Shown one piece after another: positions 22,650 through 33,645 of a stretch of 64,000 bases of DNA (within the stretch, counting starts at the first letter, position 1; each line of letters begins with the position of its first letter). The stretch comes from Marsupella aquatica (taxonomy: Eukaryota > Plantae > Marchantiophyta), in NCBI GenBank assembly GCA_973895155.1, contig OZ316891.1:19369048-19433047 (forward strand), read 5' to 3'. The notes under the pieces are model-generated. The model saw nothing but the letters and a program-made list of their open reading frames with translations. It was not told where the DNA came from and did not search any database. The position numbers were made by a program, and so were the translations under genes.

Positions 22650-25295
22650 GAAAGAACGCACTGAGTTTTTTTCCCTCGAACAAATGCATTGAAATTCAGA
22701 CGGTGTACGGAAAGAAGGTGTATGGAAAGGTGGCCCTCCAAAGGGAGTCGGCGGCACCCGGGGGGAACCAAAGGTCGGGGAGCCAAGGGGACCGGAGAGA
22801 AGCCAACCCATCACCCAGGGAGCCAGCCAAAACAAAGACTCGAAGCTCACTGTCGGCTCGCTCCTTCCTGGGCACTTCCTTTGTTCGGCGGCTTGACCAC
22901 TGGACAGTCCGTACTTGCTGTCCGTGGGGACGGTCCGACGGTGCCCAAATGTGAACGTTAGTAAAAGGTTAAAATACAAATAGGGCATCTCAAATCTCAA
23001 ACTTCAATATGGTGATCAAGGGCGTCTCAAACTTCAATATCATGATAAAGTGCGTCTCAAACTTCAATATCATGATAAAGTGCGTCTCAAACTTAGCGGT
23101 GGTGTTTCCGTTGCGGTCAGAGAAGGAATCCCGGGAAAAAAGTGGTGTACACGAAAATACGGGAAAGTGGTGGACACGAAAATACTTGTCAGCACACTGC
23201 TGAACCGTGACCCGAAAGTGCTAGTTCCTGGCCTCTTGAACATGATATTAGGACGTGAAGTTTCGCCCAGTCTGGTGATAGACCATTCCGTCCAGTAGGC
23301 TCTGGTGATAGACCACTCTAGTTGGGAGGCGAAGAGTTCACATCCCTACAAGCTCTTGGCTCGCCAGTGCATCCGATATTTTCGCTTCCGCCAGTGCATC
23401 CGATATTTTCGCTTCCGCCAGTGCATCCGATATCCCCTGCTCGGACCATTTTCGCTTCCGCCAGTGCATCCGATATCCCCTGCTCGGACCATTTTCGCTT
23501 CCGCCAGTGAATCTGGTCCCTTCGCTCAGTTTGCCAGACCCGCCCTGTGAATCCCAGCCTTTCGGATTTCAGCAATCCCAAAATATATGATCTCTTTGGA
23601 CCGGATCCCTTCCTCACTTCACCCAGACCCACGCGACTCCATCGGTTTCGCCGGTGCGGCCATTGGACCCTAAACTTACTTTCTCCTCCTTATCACTCCA
23701 TCTTCTCGCCATTTTCCTGCCCGGGAGGTGTGTGATGTGCTTCACCGTCTCGCCTTTTTCCTGCGCGGGCGGTGTATGATTTGCTTCACCGTCTCGCCTC
23801 TTTTCTGCCCGGGACGTGTGTGATTTCTCTGGAGTGTATCCTCGTGTGCGTGTGGTAGTGGCGGGACTGCTGGTTTCTCGTCAGCCCGGGACGGCCCGGG
23901 GCAGTTAGTGTTGGGATTCTGGTTTGGTTGGTTGGTGTGGGGTCTGGTTCAACATTCTCTCCTTCCTGGTCTGGGTCCCGACTTATCTGTGGGTGACAAA
24001 TGGTGGCAAGCGAGGAGGGGGCGCTTCAGCACATGCTCAGGCATTGCCCAAGCTGAGGTGGCATGAGGGGGAGGGGACGGGGATGAGGTTGGGACGGGGA
24101 TGAGGTTGGTTTAGTCAAAATAGGGTGGGATACTCTGCAGAGGATCTTGACCAGGGCATGCTCCAGAATGCCCTGTGAAATACAAAGGGGAAAATAGCAA
24201 AGGGCATGAAATATACACTAAAGTCCTATCTGGAGGGCATTGCTGGATATAATGCCCCAAAGAACAAGAGCTTTAGCTTGAGTTTTGAGGAGCTACTAGT
24301 GCCCATAGTGCTCCAAAGACAAGACCTTAATACACTTAAAGGCCTGAGAATATTTTAATTTTTTTAAACTTTAGTAAAAGTAGTAGACCTACAGGGGTGA
24401 TCTGATCATGACCGGGACATTATACTCAAGAATGCGCTGTAAATATAAAGGGAAAAACTGCAACATGCATTAAGTACTGCTATGTGTATGAGTGAATGTG
24501 CATCTGTGCTTTAGTGGAAGGGATTCAGTTCTTGGATACTCTAGGTTTTTTGTCCAGTACGTGCATGCAAACTCACTGAACACGGGGCCATATCAAAAAC
24601 ATAAACTTAAGAAACAAAAGCATGAGTAAAACTTAAGAGAGGAGGTGGCCACATTGTCTAGAATAATTTTTACACTTTCATGAGGAAACATTCAGAGATA
24701 GGGAGAAATTCCATGAAATTTGCTAAAGGAGTTGGATGCACAACATTGAATTAGTGGAAAAGAAGAGCTCCAAAATACCAGAGATTAAAAACAGTAAGAA
24801 AGGGTGCTAAAATAATTCAAAATCTAAATAATACAAATGATTCACCTTGTTAGGGTAGGTTGAAAATTTTTTCACAACATAAAATATGAACCCTAATCCC
24901 TAAATGTCTATTGAGTTGTAGTCCAGAATTTTAATGGGTAAGCTTTACATTTTTTGCCTGACATTTTTCACTCGAAAAACGCACTCAGTTTTTTTCCCTC
25001 GAACAAACGCATTGAAATTCAGACGGTGTACGGAAAGAAGGTGTACGGAAAGGTGGCCCTCAAAAGGGAGTCGGCACCCGGGGGGAACCAAAGGTCGGGG
25101 AGCCAAGGGGACCGGAGAGAAGCCAACCCAGCACCCAGGGAGCCAGCCAAAACAAGACTCGAAGCTCACTGTTCGCTCGCTCGCTCCTGGGCACTTCCTT
25201 TGTTCGGCGGCTCGAGCACTGGACAGTCCGTACTTGCTGTCCGTGGGGACGGTCCGACGGTACCCAAATGTGAACGTTAGTAAAAGGTTAAAAAT
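22650..25295. repeat. ~320-bp near-identical direct repeat (~22653-22975 and ~24978-25295)
   Basis: aacgcact.agttttttccctcgaacaaa.gcattgaaattcagacggtgtacgg...gtgaacgttagtaaaaggttaaaat present twice. Confidence 0.92.
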
Positions 25296-25610
25296 CTGCG
25301 GTTCCTGCAAAATGTGGTCATCAGTAACTTGGGCAGTCAGAGCACTGGTGTCTGCACCAAATTTGCTTTGCGCGATATGAGTAGGCTCCCTTCAAGAATC
25401 CTTGGCGCCCTTCAAAGAATTGTTAGTGCCCAATCAAAAATTGTTGGCACCTAATTGACTCACTGAAGCGTGCTGAAACCCTCTCAAGTCTCAAATCTGA
25501 AAACCCGTGAATAGAGTTGGCCCGAAAGTTGGGGTTCGCTCTACGTCGTGGCCTTAGAGTTCTTAGAGGGGCTGTCAGGGAAGAAATGGGAAACAAAGTT
25601 TGAGATGCCC
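22983..25610. mobile_element. Non-autonomous PIF/Harbinger-like DNA element (TIR GGGCATCTCAAA)
   Basis: taGGGCATCTCAAA at 22981-22994 and TTTGAGATGCCCta at 25599-25612. 30-bp subterminal tandem repeats gcgtctcaaacttcaatatcatgataaagt. No transposase seen; the 3-bp TSD is imperfect. Confidence 0.55.
23187..23998 (+). mobile_element. Probable LTR (TGTCA...TGACA) followed by a PBS-like TGGTGGCAAGCG; truncated LTR retroelement nested in the DNA element
   Basis: Inverted termini tgtcagc/ggtgaca. Internal 27/42-bp (ccagtgcatccgatattttcgcttccg) and ~43-bp tandem repeats. TGG starts 2 nt after the CA end. No TSD, no coding region. Confidence 0.45.
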
Positions 25611-26484
25611 TACTAGGTTGCTTGATTTGGGCAAACTCCTTGAACTATTAAAAAAAAAGCATGAAGGAACATTGTGACAGCAGGAAGGGACACAACAGCA
25701 ATTTGACAAGCTGGATCCTTAAGTTGACTATGAACTGTATATCAACTAACAAGATGCCTAGAAACTTTTCATCTATAATTATAATATCCAATCCCACCAT
25801 TTTTCGTCCTTCGTCCCATTACAAAATGTATTTTGGGCGGGAATGATCCACAACCATTAGATCTTTTGTAAATTTTTTAATACCGTTCGATCATGGAAAA
25901 GAGATCATTAGCATTAGACATTAAAGAACAGAGACGTACTAATACAAAGAATGATAATAAGATGCCTTGACAAAGATTATGAAGGAGTACAAAGGAGGTA
26001 CTCGAGAAGATCACTCCATGATTGTCCTTGCAAGTACGACTGTCCCTGCCAGTACACTCTTCCCCTCCTCAATCCTCATGCACTTGCTGTCCACTATTAC
26101 CCTCATAATTATAGGGAAGGAAGAATACCATCCAGGATACAAGAGGGCATCTATTATCCTCACAGGGTATGATTCTATGTATGGGAGAGACTAGAGAGAA
26201 CCAAGGAGGGACAGAGACTCAAATGGAAAAGTAAGGGAGGGGAGAGAGGCCCAAGGAGAGAGAGAGAAAGAGAGGCTAAAAGACAAAAAAGTGGATAAAG
26301 ATAATGAAAAAACAAACAAAGAAAAGAAAAGAAAAACAATTGGAGAAAATTAAAAAATTAAAGATGTAGGAAAGGAAGGGGGGAGGAAAGAGTATCCTAT
26401 TTTTAATTTTTATTCAAAGGATCAATGAATTTTCATGGGCAAAAGAGTAGCGAGCATCAAGGAGTTTCTTTATTGTAGATGGTA

Positions 26485-26900
26485 CCTTTTCCACAAACAT
26501 TATTTTTTACACAATATAGTCTTTGCACAATGACATATTCTTTACAATAAAAATCTTTCACAAAACATCTTTTCAGCAATGACATTTTTCACACAAGTAT
26601 GTACTTTGTTCAATTTCAAATTTTTGGCAAACAATATTACTTTTGGATTGACACCTTTTTTGCGACAACAAATTTTCAACAATGATATCATTTATAGAAC
26701 AACATTTTTGGAACACCTTATTTTCCCCAAATGACATCATTCTTTTCCGTAAACAACAGCTTTTTTGCAAATTACGTTATCTTTTTTGCAAATGACATCT
26801 TTTCTGCATACAACATCTTTTCTGCAACGACCTCTTTTTCGCATACGATATGTTTTACACATTGACAATTTTTGCGCAACAACATTTTTTGTGCAACACA
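26485..26900. repeat. Degenerate ~19-20-bp tandem array (ttttt.gcaa(c/t).acat)
   Basis: About 20 imperfect units such as ttttttgcaaatgacatct and ttttctgcaacgacctct. Confidence 0.6.
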
Positions 26901-27541
26901 CAGGTATTGAGCTAGTGAATACATGATTATCAATAGCAATGACTTTCTAAAATTTTATCCAACGGATGCAATATGCCCCGTAATTGTCTGCTTTATCTCA
27001 AATCTTGAATTTTTCTGAAAAATTGGTGGTAATAAAAGGATATATCTTCCTACCAAGAAAACAAAAGGCGTCCAAAAAGCCCAAAACTTTCAGCTCGCAT
27101 CAGCTACAACTGCAAAAGTAAAATCACACTGTGCATCAAACTGAAAAGCATGGACCGCTTAAGAAGGTCATTATAAGGCAATAGGGTATGCTTTGCAATG
27201 CTATATTATTATATTGTCACTGTCGTTTCCCACATACTCCACCCTTCCATATGGACGAGGTTCTGAGATACAATTCACCCAACTTGAGTATGCAGGAACA
27301 TTTGAGCGAGAACGGTGAAACGGGCAGCAGAGATGCATTGCATCCTACGGCTCCCACAAATTGGGGATGAGCCTGATCGGCGGCGTGGAGGCGGTGGGCG
27401 ACGGACCCTAAATAGCTTTTAGGGCCCGTCGCCCATAGAAAACATCTCTCCCCCAGTTCCTTTCTCCAAGCTGGTCGTCCTCTTCATCTCCCGTCGACCA
27501 ACATTTAGAGCGACTCATTTCGTCACCTGAAGCTCGACAAG

Positions 27542-28104
27542 ATGCAGAACGAGGAGGGAGAAAATGTGGATTTGTACATTCCAAGGAAGTGGTGAGTGAA
27601 ACTAATTCGTTCGTTCTCATTGTTGCATTGCGTGGTGACCTATGCTATTTCCTTGGCTTAGGGTTTGCAGTGCGGAGGGAGTTATGGTGAATGGAAGGAA
27701 GTGTTCGTTTTCTGCTTTCTCGTTCACAGTGAAGTGCTAATGGTTTTGTAAAGGGAATCCCTCTACCAAGTCTTTGGTCTGATAGCTTGTGTGCCTTGAT
27801 GGATTGACAGCTCGTCGACGAACCGGCTCATTACTGCCAAGGACCACGCTTCAGTCCAACTGAATGTTGGGCACGTAGATGAGAATGGCATCTACACGGG
27901 AGCTTTCACGACATTCGCCCTCTGCGGCAACGTCAGGGCACAGGTAAGAGCCATTTCCAGTCTGCTGAAACCCTAAACTGAGTACGTACCGTCGTTGTTT
28001 TACCTTCTTTGTTCTTACAAATCGTTGTCCTCATGGTTCAGGGTGATGCCGACAGTGCTTTGGATCGGTTGTGGGCCAAGAAGAAGGCCGAGCTGGGACA
28101 GTGA
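27542..28104 (+). CDS. RPS21: 40S ribosomal protein S21 (eS21), 82 aa
   Basis: Exons 27542-27591, 27811-27943, 28042-28104: [81 protein letters not shown]. Telo-box-like motifs in the promoter (accctaaa ~27405) and introns (ttagggttt ~27658, aaaccctaa ~27968). Confidence 0.97.
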
Positions 28105-28538
28105 TTTTATTTTGTGTGTCTTGTCAAGTCTTTTATCAGGGTAGGACTCATCCAAATTATTACTTCGGGTTTGGCGTCCTTGTGGTCGCGCTCCCTACAT
28201 TCAGCAAAGCAAGGTTCTGCAAAGCTGAGGCTTATTGTAACGTGATTTTCTTATGATTGATGGTTTGAAGTGTGATTGATGCGGGGTTTGAAGATAGTGA
28301 GCGTGAGTTGGTTGCAGTGCAGGTTTAGACTTGTGTTGGTCTTTTTAATGCCGGGTTTGTTACGCCTTTGGTTTTCAACCGTGAAAATGCATCAAAGCGG
28401 ATGGATTAATGGTCAGGTTTGCTAGTATCCTGGATTCCCATACACCTTTCGCTTGACTCTGTATTGATTCCCATATCCCTCAGCCCCAATTCGTACGACT
28501 AGAATCCAACTGATTTTCCCAGAATGTTGCTTGCAAGA

Positions 28539-28644
28539 GTCCGAACGTTGAATGATGAGTAAAGTTCCAATCACGACGGTCATCTGAGCTTTCGAGCTGT
28601 GCTGATGCAAATTGGTAACTCACAATCTGACAACCGTTTCGGAC
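28539..28644 (+). ncRNA. Box C/D snoRNA, U35/snR73 type (guide for 25S rRNA Cm in GACCGUCGUGA)
   Basis: Box C ATGATGA 28552-28558. Guide TCACGACGGTC 28571-28581 is complementary to LSU GACCGTCGTGA. D' CTGA 28584-28587 puts the paired C at +5, as in yeast snR73 and human U35. Box D CTGA 28627-28630. Terminal stem gtccgaacgttg/caaccgtttcggac. Confidence 0.78.
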
Positions 28645-30449
28645 AAAGTTCCTGTGATCTTAGATCCCTCATGACCATATGAAACAGCTAACTTGTAACC
28701 CTCGCTATGAGCGATGTGGAAATAAGGCTCGTGTGAGATTCCAGCTCTGCTGGTGAAAAGGGATTTCTGTTATCGTGCAGCCAACGTCGTGGCTAGCCTA
28801 GTCTTCTCATCTGAACAGTCCAAACTTTGCCTCTCTCTCAGATACTAGAAAGCTCGCGTGCGTCTGATTTTTAATTAGAAATCTCATCAGTAGTGTTCCC
28901 TTGATGTAGACGGATGGTTCTCTCTTTACTGATAGGATCCTTAAGGGGTCGCTATGACGGGTTTTGTCTGTTGTCGAAAGGGAATCCATGTCACCATGTG
29001 GGAGTGGAAGGTATTCACTAGCGAAGCACTCGCCCTTTATCGACGGATAGACTAGCATACCAGCTCGTACAGTTCCTAAAATGCAGGCATTCTCATCATG
29101 TGATCCAGGACGGGTTAAGAGAACTCAGCGTACCCACTCTAGCTTTCCTGGTATTGGTTGTGGAATATTTTGGAATGTTGATCTGGGTGTACAGCGTTCG
29201 TTTGTGTAAGTTATGAACCGGACTGAATGTACAGTTTCACTGTTACAATAGATTGGCTTTCTGTTTCACGGTGGCAGGGAATGTAATACTACTTAGACTT
29301 TCAAGGGCACTCGAACCGATATTATGGGATTTGCCTCAAAATGTGAACCCGATACCCTCTGTGGACTCTGTACCGCTGCATTTCAGCGAGGGATCTACAG
29401 TGAAGCTCGTGTAAACTCACATTATTCCCCTTTGTCAATGTTGAGTATTCCCCATAAGTTTGAGGCGCTGCTGGGAGATCTGAATTACACGTCACTGAAG
29501 TTGTCACTTCTACTATGCAGGGCGCTGGTGCAGATGGATGGTAACCACATGTAGTGGAGTCAGTCCCTCACTGTTGCGGGGTGGCATTCAAGCAGATAAC
29601 CCTTTGGCGGCAGTCCCTCACCTTCAAACTGGTGTGGACGCTACTGCCAACTGAAGTCTGTCAATGTGGAGTTTTTAAAATTTTAATTTCTTTGATGGGA
29701 AGAGCAGATCCACGCTGGCAAATGGAACATGGCCGCAGCAGGCGCTCCGGAGGTTGGCATAGCCACTCCTAAAGATCAAAATGAGAATTGTCAGGCCACG
29801 AGTTGCAATGGAGCCATTGGCCCTAAAAATTCATAACAAGTTCATGTGGAATTCTAACAAACCAGATGTGCAAAACTGGCGTGTAATCTTACCCCACTGG
29901 AGGCTATCAGTGTGAAAAACCAGTTATTCTGAACTGGTGTCGGTGCTTTTACCGACTGGAAGCCATCAATGTCGAATTCTATTACCAGACGCGCTGAGTT
30001 CAGAAGAGGACGAACTGGATCAAAGGTATCTTAATTCACTCGGTGATTTGAGAGAGTAATTGACGTGTACTTCGCGTGAAAATTTGTACAGGATATCACA
30101 ACTGGAACAACGGTGTCTCAACTTACCCAGGTAGTTGAAACCCGAGTGTCCCCACAAAGATGTTGATGCATCTCATGGAAAGATAATCCGTCCAATTTGC
30201 TGCCCAATGGAATGACTGACTTCGTCGTGATCCACTTAATTGTAGAGTCGAACATTATAGATCCAGCTTCACTGTTTGACAAAACTCCCATGACAACAGT
30301 GCGTACCCCCAAGTAAACCTCACTATCAAGAAGGATGACAAACGTCATTTCCCAAACACCCAGCGTAGATATTTAAGACTTGTCCACGCTTAGGACAGCC
30401 TATGTAGGAGAACTACGTTCTCTTGATACTTTCTAAGTAGAGCCAACTC

Positions 30450-30660
30450 TTGGTTCTTCCCTTCTCCCGCCAACCCCCCCCCCCCCCCTCTTTTTACTGG
30501 ATTTCTTGCTTCTTGGATCCTCGTCTAGTGGGTTTCTTGTTCTGTCATGTATGGTGTTTTGCTTTTTGGCAGCGATACTTTTTGTTCTTTGACAGTGTTA
30601 CATATAGCTTAAAACATGTTTTGTTCTGTTTTTGCCTTTGGCAGTGTTATACATACTCCT
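30450..30660 (+). repeat. Dispersed pyrimidine-rich repeat; inverted copy at ~61700-61830
   Basis: cccc-ct(c)tttta(c/t)tgg(a)(t/c)ttct...gg(a)(t/c)cc...ttggcagtgttata shared between the two sites. Confidence 0.4.
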
Positions 30661-31899
30661 TCAACAGAAATTGGCATTCGTGGTATTCTATGTTCTTTGG
30701 CATTCGTGGTATTCTATGTTCTTTGGCATTGTCACTAAACATTGTGCTCTCCTTGAACAAATATGACATTCAGTCCCATAGATACTTTAGTAGAAGGCCA
30801 AGACAAGAAATCCAGTCGTATGTTCATGATGGAATATTCCAGTCCTGATCTTTCACTCGCATGCAAGCTGGAGCTAAGTTAAGCACATTACTTTTAATGC
30901 CCATGTTGGGATCTGGGTCTTCCATTGCCCCCTCCCCTTCCTTTTGCTTCGAAGTTTCACCCTTGGAAAAGGCCAGCACATTATTTTTAATGCACACGCT
31001 ATGATCTCAGTCTTCCATTGCCAGATGGGAACCCCCTCCCTTTTTTTTTTTTCTCTCTTTGTAGTTTCAGAGGAGGTCCCAAATTCTAAAGGGCTGGACT
31101 GCTTCTCAAAGGGGCTCATCCATAACCTCACCAAGTCTGAATTTTTCCAACGTTTTTGTGAAAAAAGAGCGTTGGGTTTAGACTCCTCGGCTCACCAGCC
31201 TTCAGGATTACAGTCTGGTAAATTCAAAATAGCCCATGACCTGTTTAGGAGCCATGTAACCCCGTCAGGCTCACCCCCTCAAATATTTGAGCCTAGCCTG
31301 AATGCCTGGGTTTTGCTCATAAATAGATAGTGCCCATTTCCAGTTCACCTCCAATTGGAGCTGTGGCCCAGAGTCACAATCTAAATGTTTCATTTGAGAC
31401 CTAGTTTTCCATTGCACTTTATTAAATACGTGGTCACATATAACCGTTGTTAATGATTGTTACCTATGAGCTCTCTTTGGTCTTGGTGAGCTAGCAGCTC
31501 AGTAACCACTGTTTTTTTTTTTGTATTTAGGAATATGTCACTTAGTATATAGCAAGTTCACCAATGTAACCAGGTATCCAAATACCAAATACTAAAATTG
31601 TGACATATTTGTAAATACAATAAAATATGACAATATTGGAAATTAAAAGATTTTGAGATTTGGATATGAAAAGCTGTAAGTAAAAACTATTCAGGAAACT
31701 CGGACACCAGTCCCCAAGTGAGCAAAACATGCCAAAGTGGGAGAGAGAATCCCATAGGCAAGAAGACCAAATAAGGGGTGAAAACAAGGGAAAAAGCCCA
31801 TGAAAACCAAGGAGATGCTCATAGGTAGCAATTGTTAATTGTTCAGGAAACTCCAACAAGGGTCCTGAAAGCCAGTAAAAAACTAGAAACCGGGAACTC

Positions 31900-32160
31900 G
31901 AAACTGGGAGACAGGATCCCAGAGTTCAGGAGACCCAATAAAGGGGACAAACAAAGATCCCATAAGCAAGGAATCCTAATAAAAGGCAAGGAGACTAACT
32001 AAAGTAATAAAGGGGACAAACAAAGATCCACCCAATAAAAGGCAAGGAGACTCAAGAAAGGGGAGTAAAAACGGAGAAGCCCAAGTAAAGATCCAATAGG
32101 CAAGGAGACCCAATAAAGTGGAGAAAACAAGAGAGAAGCCCAATAAGACCAACGAGATCT
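31900..32160. repeat. Purine-rich degenerate tandem repeats (cccaataaaaggcaaggagac; aataaaggggacaaacaaagatcc x2)
   Basis: Repeated motifs visible directly in the sequence. Confidence 0.55.
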
Positions 32161-33645
32161 TATAATAATTAATTTGTTCTGGTAACTGGAATACCGGTCC
32201 GGAAAGCGCCGACCTGGAACTGGTACAGCCGGAAAGTGGCCCCACCAATCGTACTCCGAGCAGAACGTGGCCGGGAAGTCCCGACCGCCCCGCGATCGAG
32301 GGCCCGTCCCTGTGTTGGTGCAAAGACCGCGAGAGTACAGCCCTGTACTTCCGCTGAGGCGCGGACCCGGACGCCTTCTCAAGCTTTCATTATTAAAGGA
32401 GCGATGGAGTTTTGTCGCGGTGGTTCGGTTCGATGATGGCGCCCGTCGACGACCGAATTTGATCGATCGCATGATCGAGATCTGAGAAGAACGAGAGTCT
32501 GCAGGCAGCCTGCGGAGTGGCGAGAAATTTTGAGCCGTTTCGTGGTATGTGTGGAAGCGGGAAAACGTTTCTTGCGGCAATTTGGTCGACGAGAAGGTTT
32601 AGCCGGAGCTTGGGAATGATTGATGCCGGTTGGAGGATGCTCGATTGCGCAGTGCGTGCATTGTTATGCCCCGCCTCAGTTGTAACAAGACGGTGGTGGA
32701 GTTTGGATCCGACAGCAGTCTGCTTCGGAGCTCAGGGAATTCAGCGCTTCGATAGAGCAGGTCTGCTGTTTGTCAGCTCGGGCATTGTGTCGGTGATGAG
32801 TCTTGAGTCGTGAAATTCTTGGACGTCTGGACTATGTGTCTGCAGTTTTCCTCAGTCGGTGATATGAAGTTTGAGGATATGACTTGGCTCATTGATCAAG
32901 TGGTTTTGGGTGGTCTACTGTGGCGTTGGAGATTTTGATAATAGCGATCGTGTATTACCCCTCTGCTTGCAGGATTGCGATCTCGTTTACATGTTGCGGC
33001 GACTGTTGTGTAGAAACACGTGAAGAGAGCTCTGCATTTTGTACTTACCAATGGTATCTAGAGACATTGCTTTCTCGGCGATTGTTGTTTAGCAACAGTT
33101 GAAGGAGAGCTCTGCATTTTGTACTTATTAATGGTATCTAGAGACATTGCTTGACTGTGATGTTTCCTTTAGTCTGTCCAGGCAAGGCTTTCAAGTGTCT
33201 CGATTCAGATGGAACAGCATTGGACCGGAATGAATGATGACGAGGAAGGTACCAACCGATTGGTAGTTCTGTCAGTTGTCTCACGTGTTTCCTCTATGTG
33301 TGTTTGTTTGCAGAAAGATGATGAAGGCTTCTGGACGCAGGTTCACGCGACGTGATTATAGTCCACTTTCACTTTGGACACACCCGAGCCACGAGATTGA
33401 ACTCTGCTCGATGGATTGAAATCGGGAGGCGGGGTGATGGTTCGCATTTTAGAGTCGTTATCAAAGCTAGCATTTTGCATCCGAGGCGTAAATATTAGAG
33501 ATTTGGCCAGATGATCACCGGGTAGGTGCAGGTACAAGAGGATTGTCCGGAGTCATGAAGGTTGGGGTATAGTTCCGCAATGCGTCGCAGCGGGACGGTG
33601 ATTGCGGAAAGTATCGGAGCGTAAGATATCGGAATCTATTACAAA

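Noticed and set aside
23363-23510. Regular 27/42-bp repeats resembling a CRISPR array (also the 51-bp array at 47027)
   Set aside because: No unique spacers and no cas genes; eukaryotic tandem repeats.
28756-28890. AAAAGGGATTTCTG resembling the U11 snRNA 5' end
   Set aside because: No USE/TATA snRNA promoter or proper Sm-site context, and the similarity ends after ~14 nt.
30118-30400. Exon-like segment on the minus strand with a strong donor (gtaagt)
   Set aside because: Stops in all frames from the acceptor and no recognisable homology.
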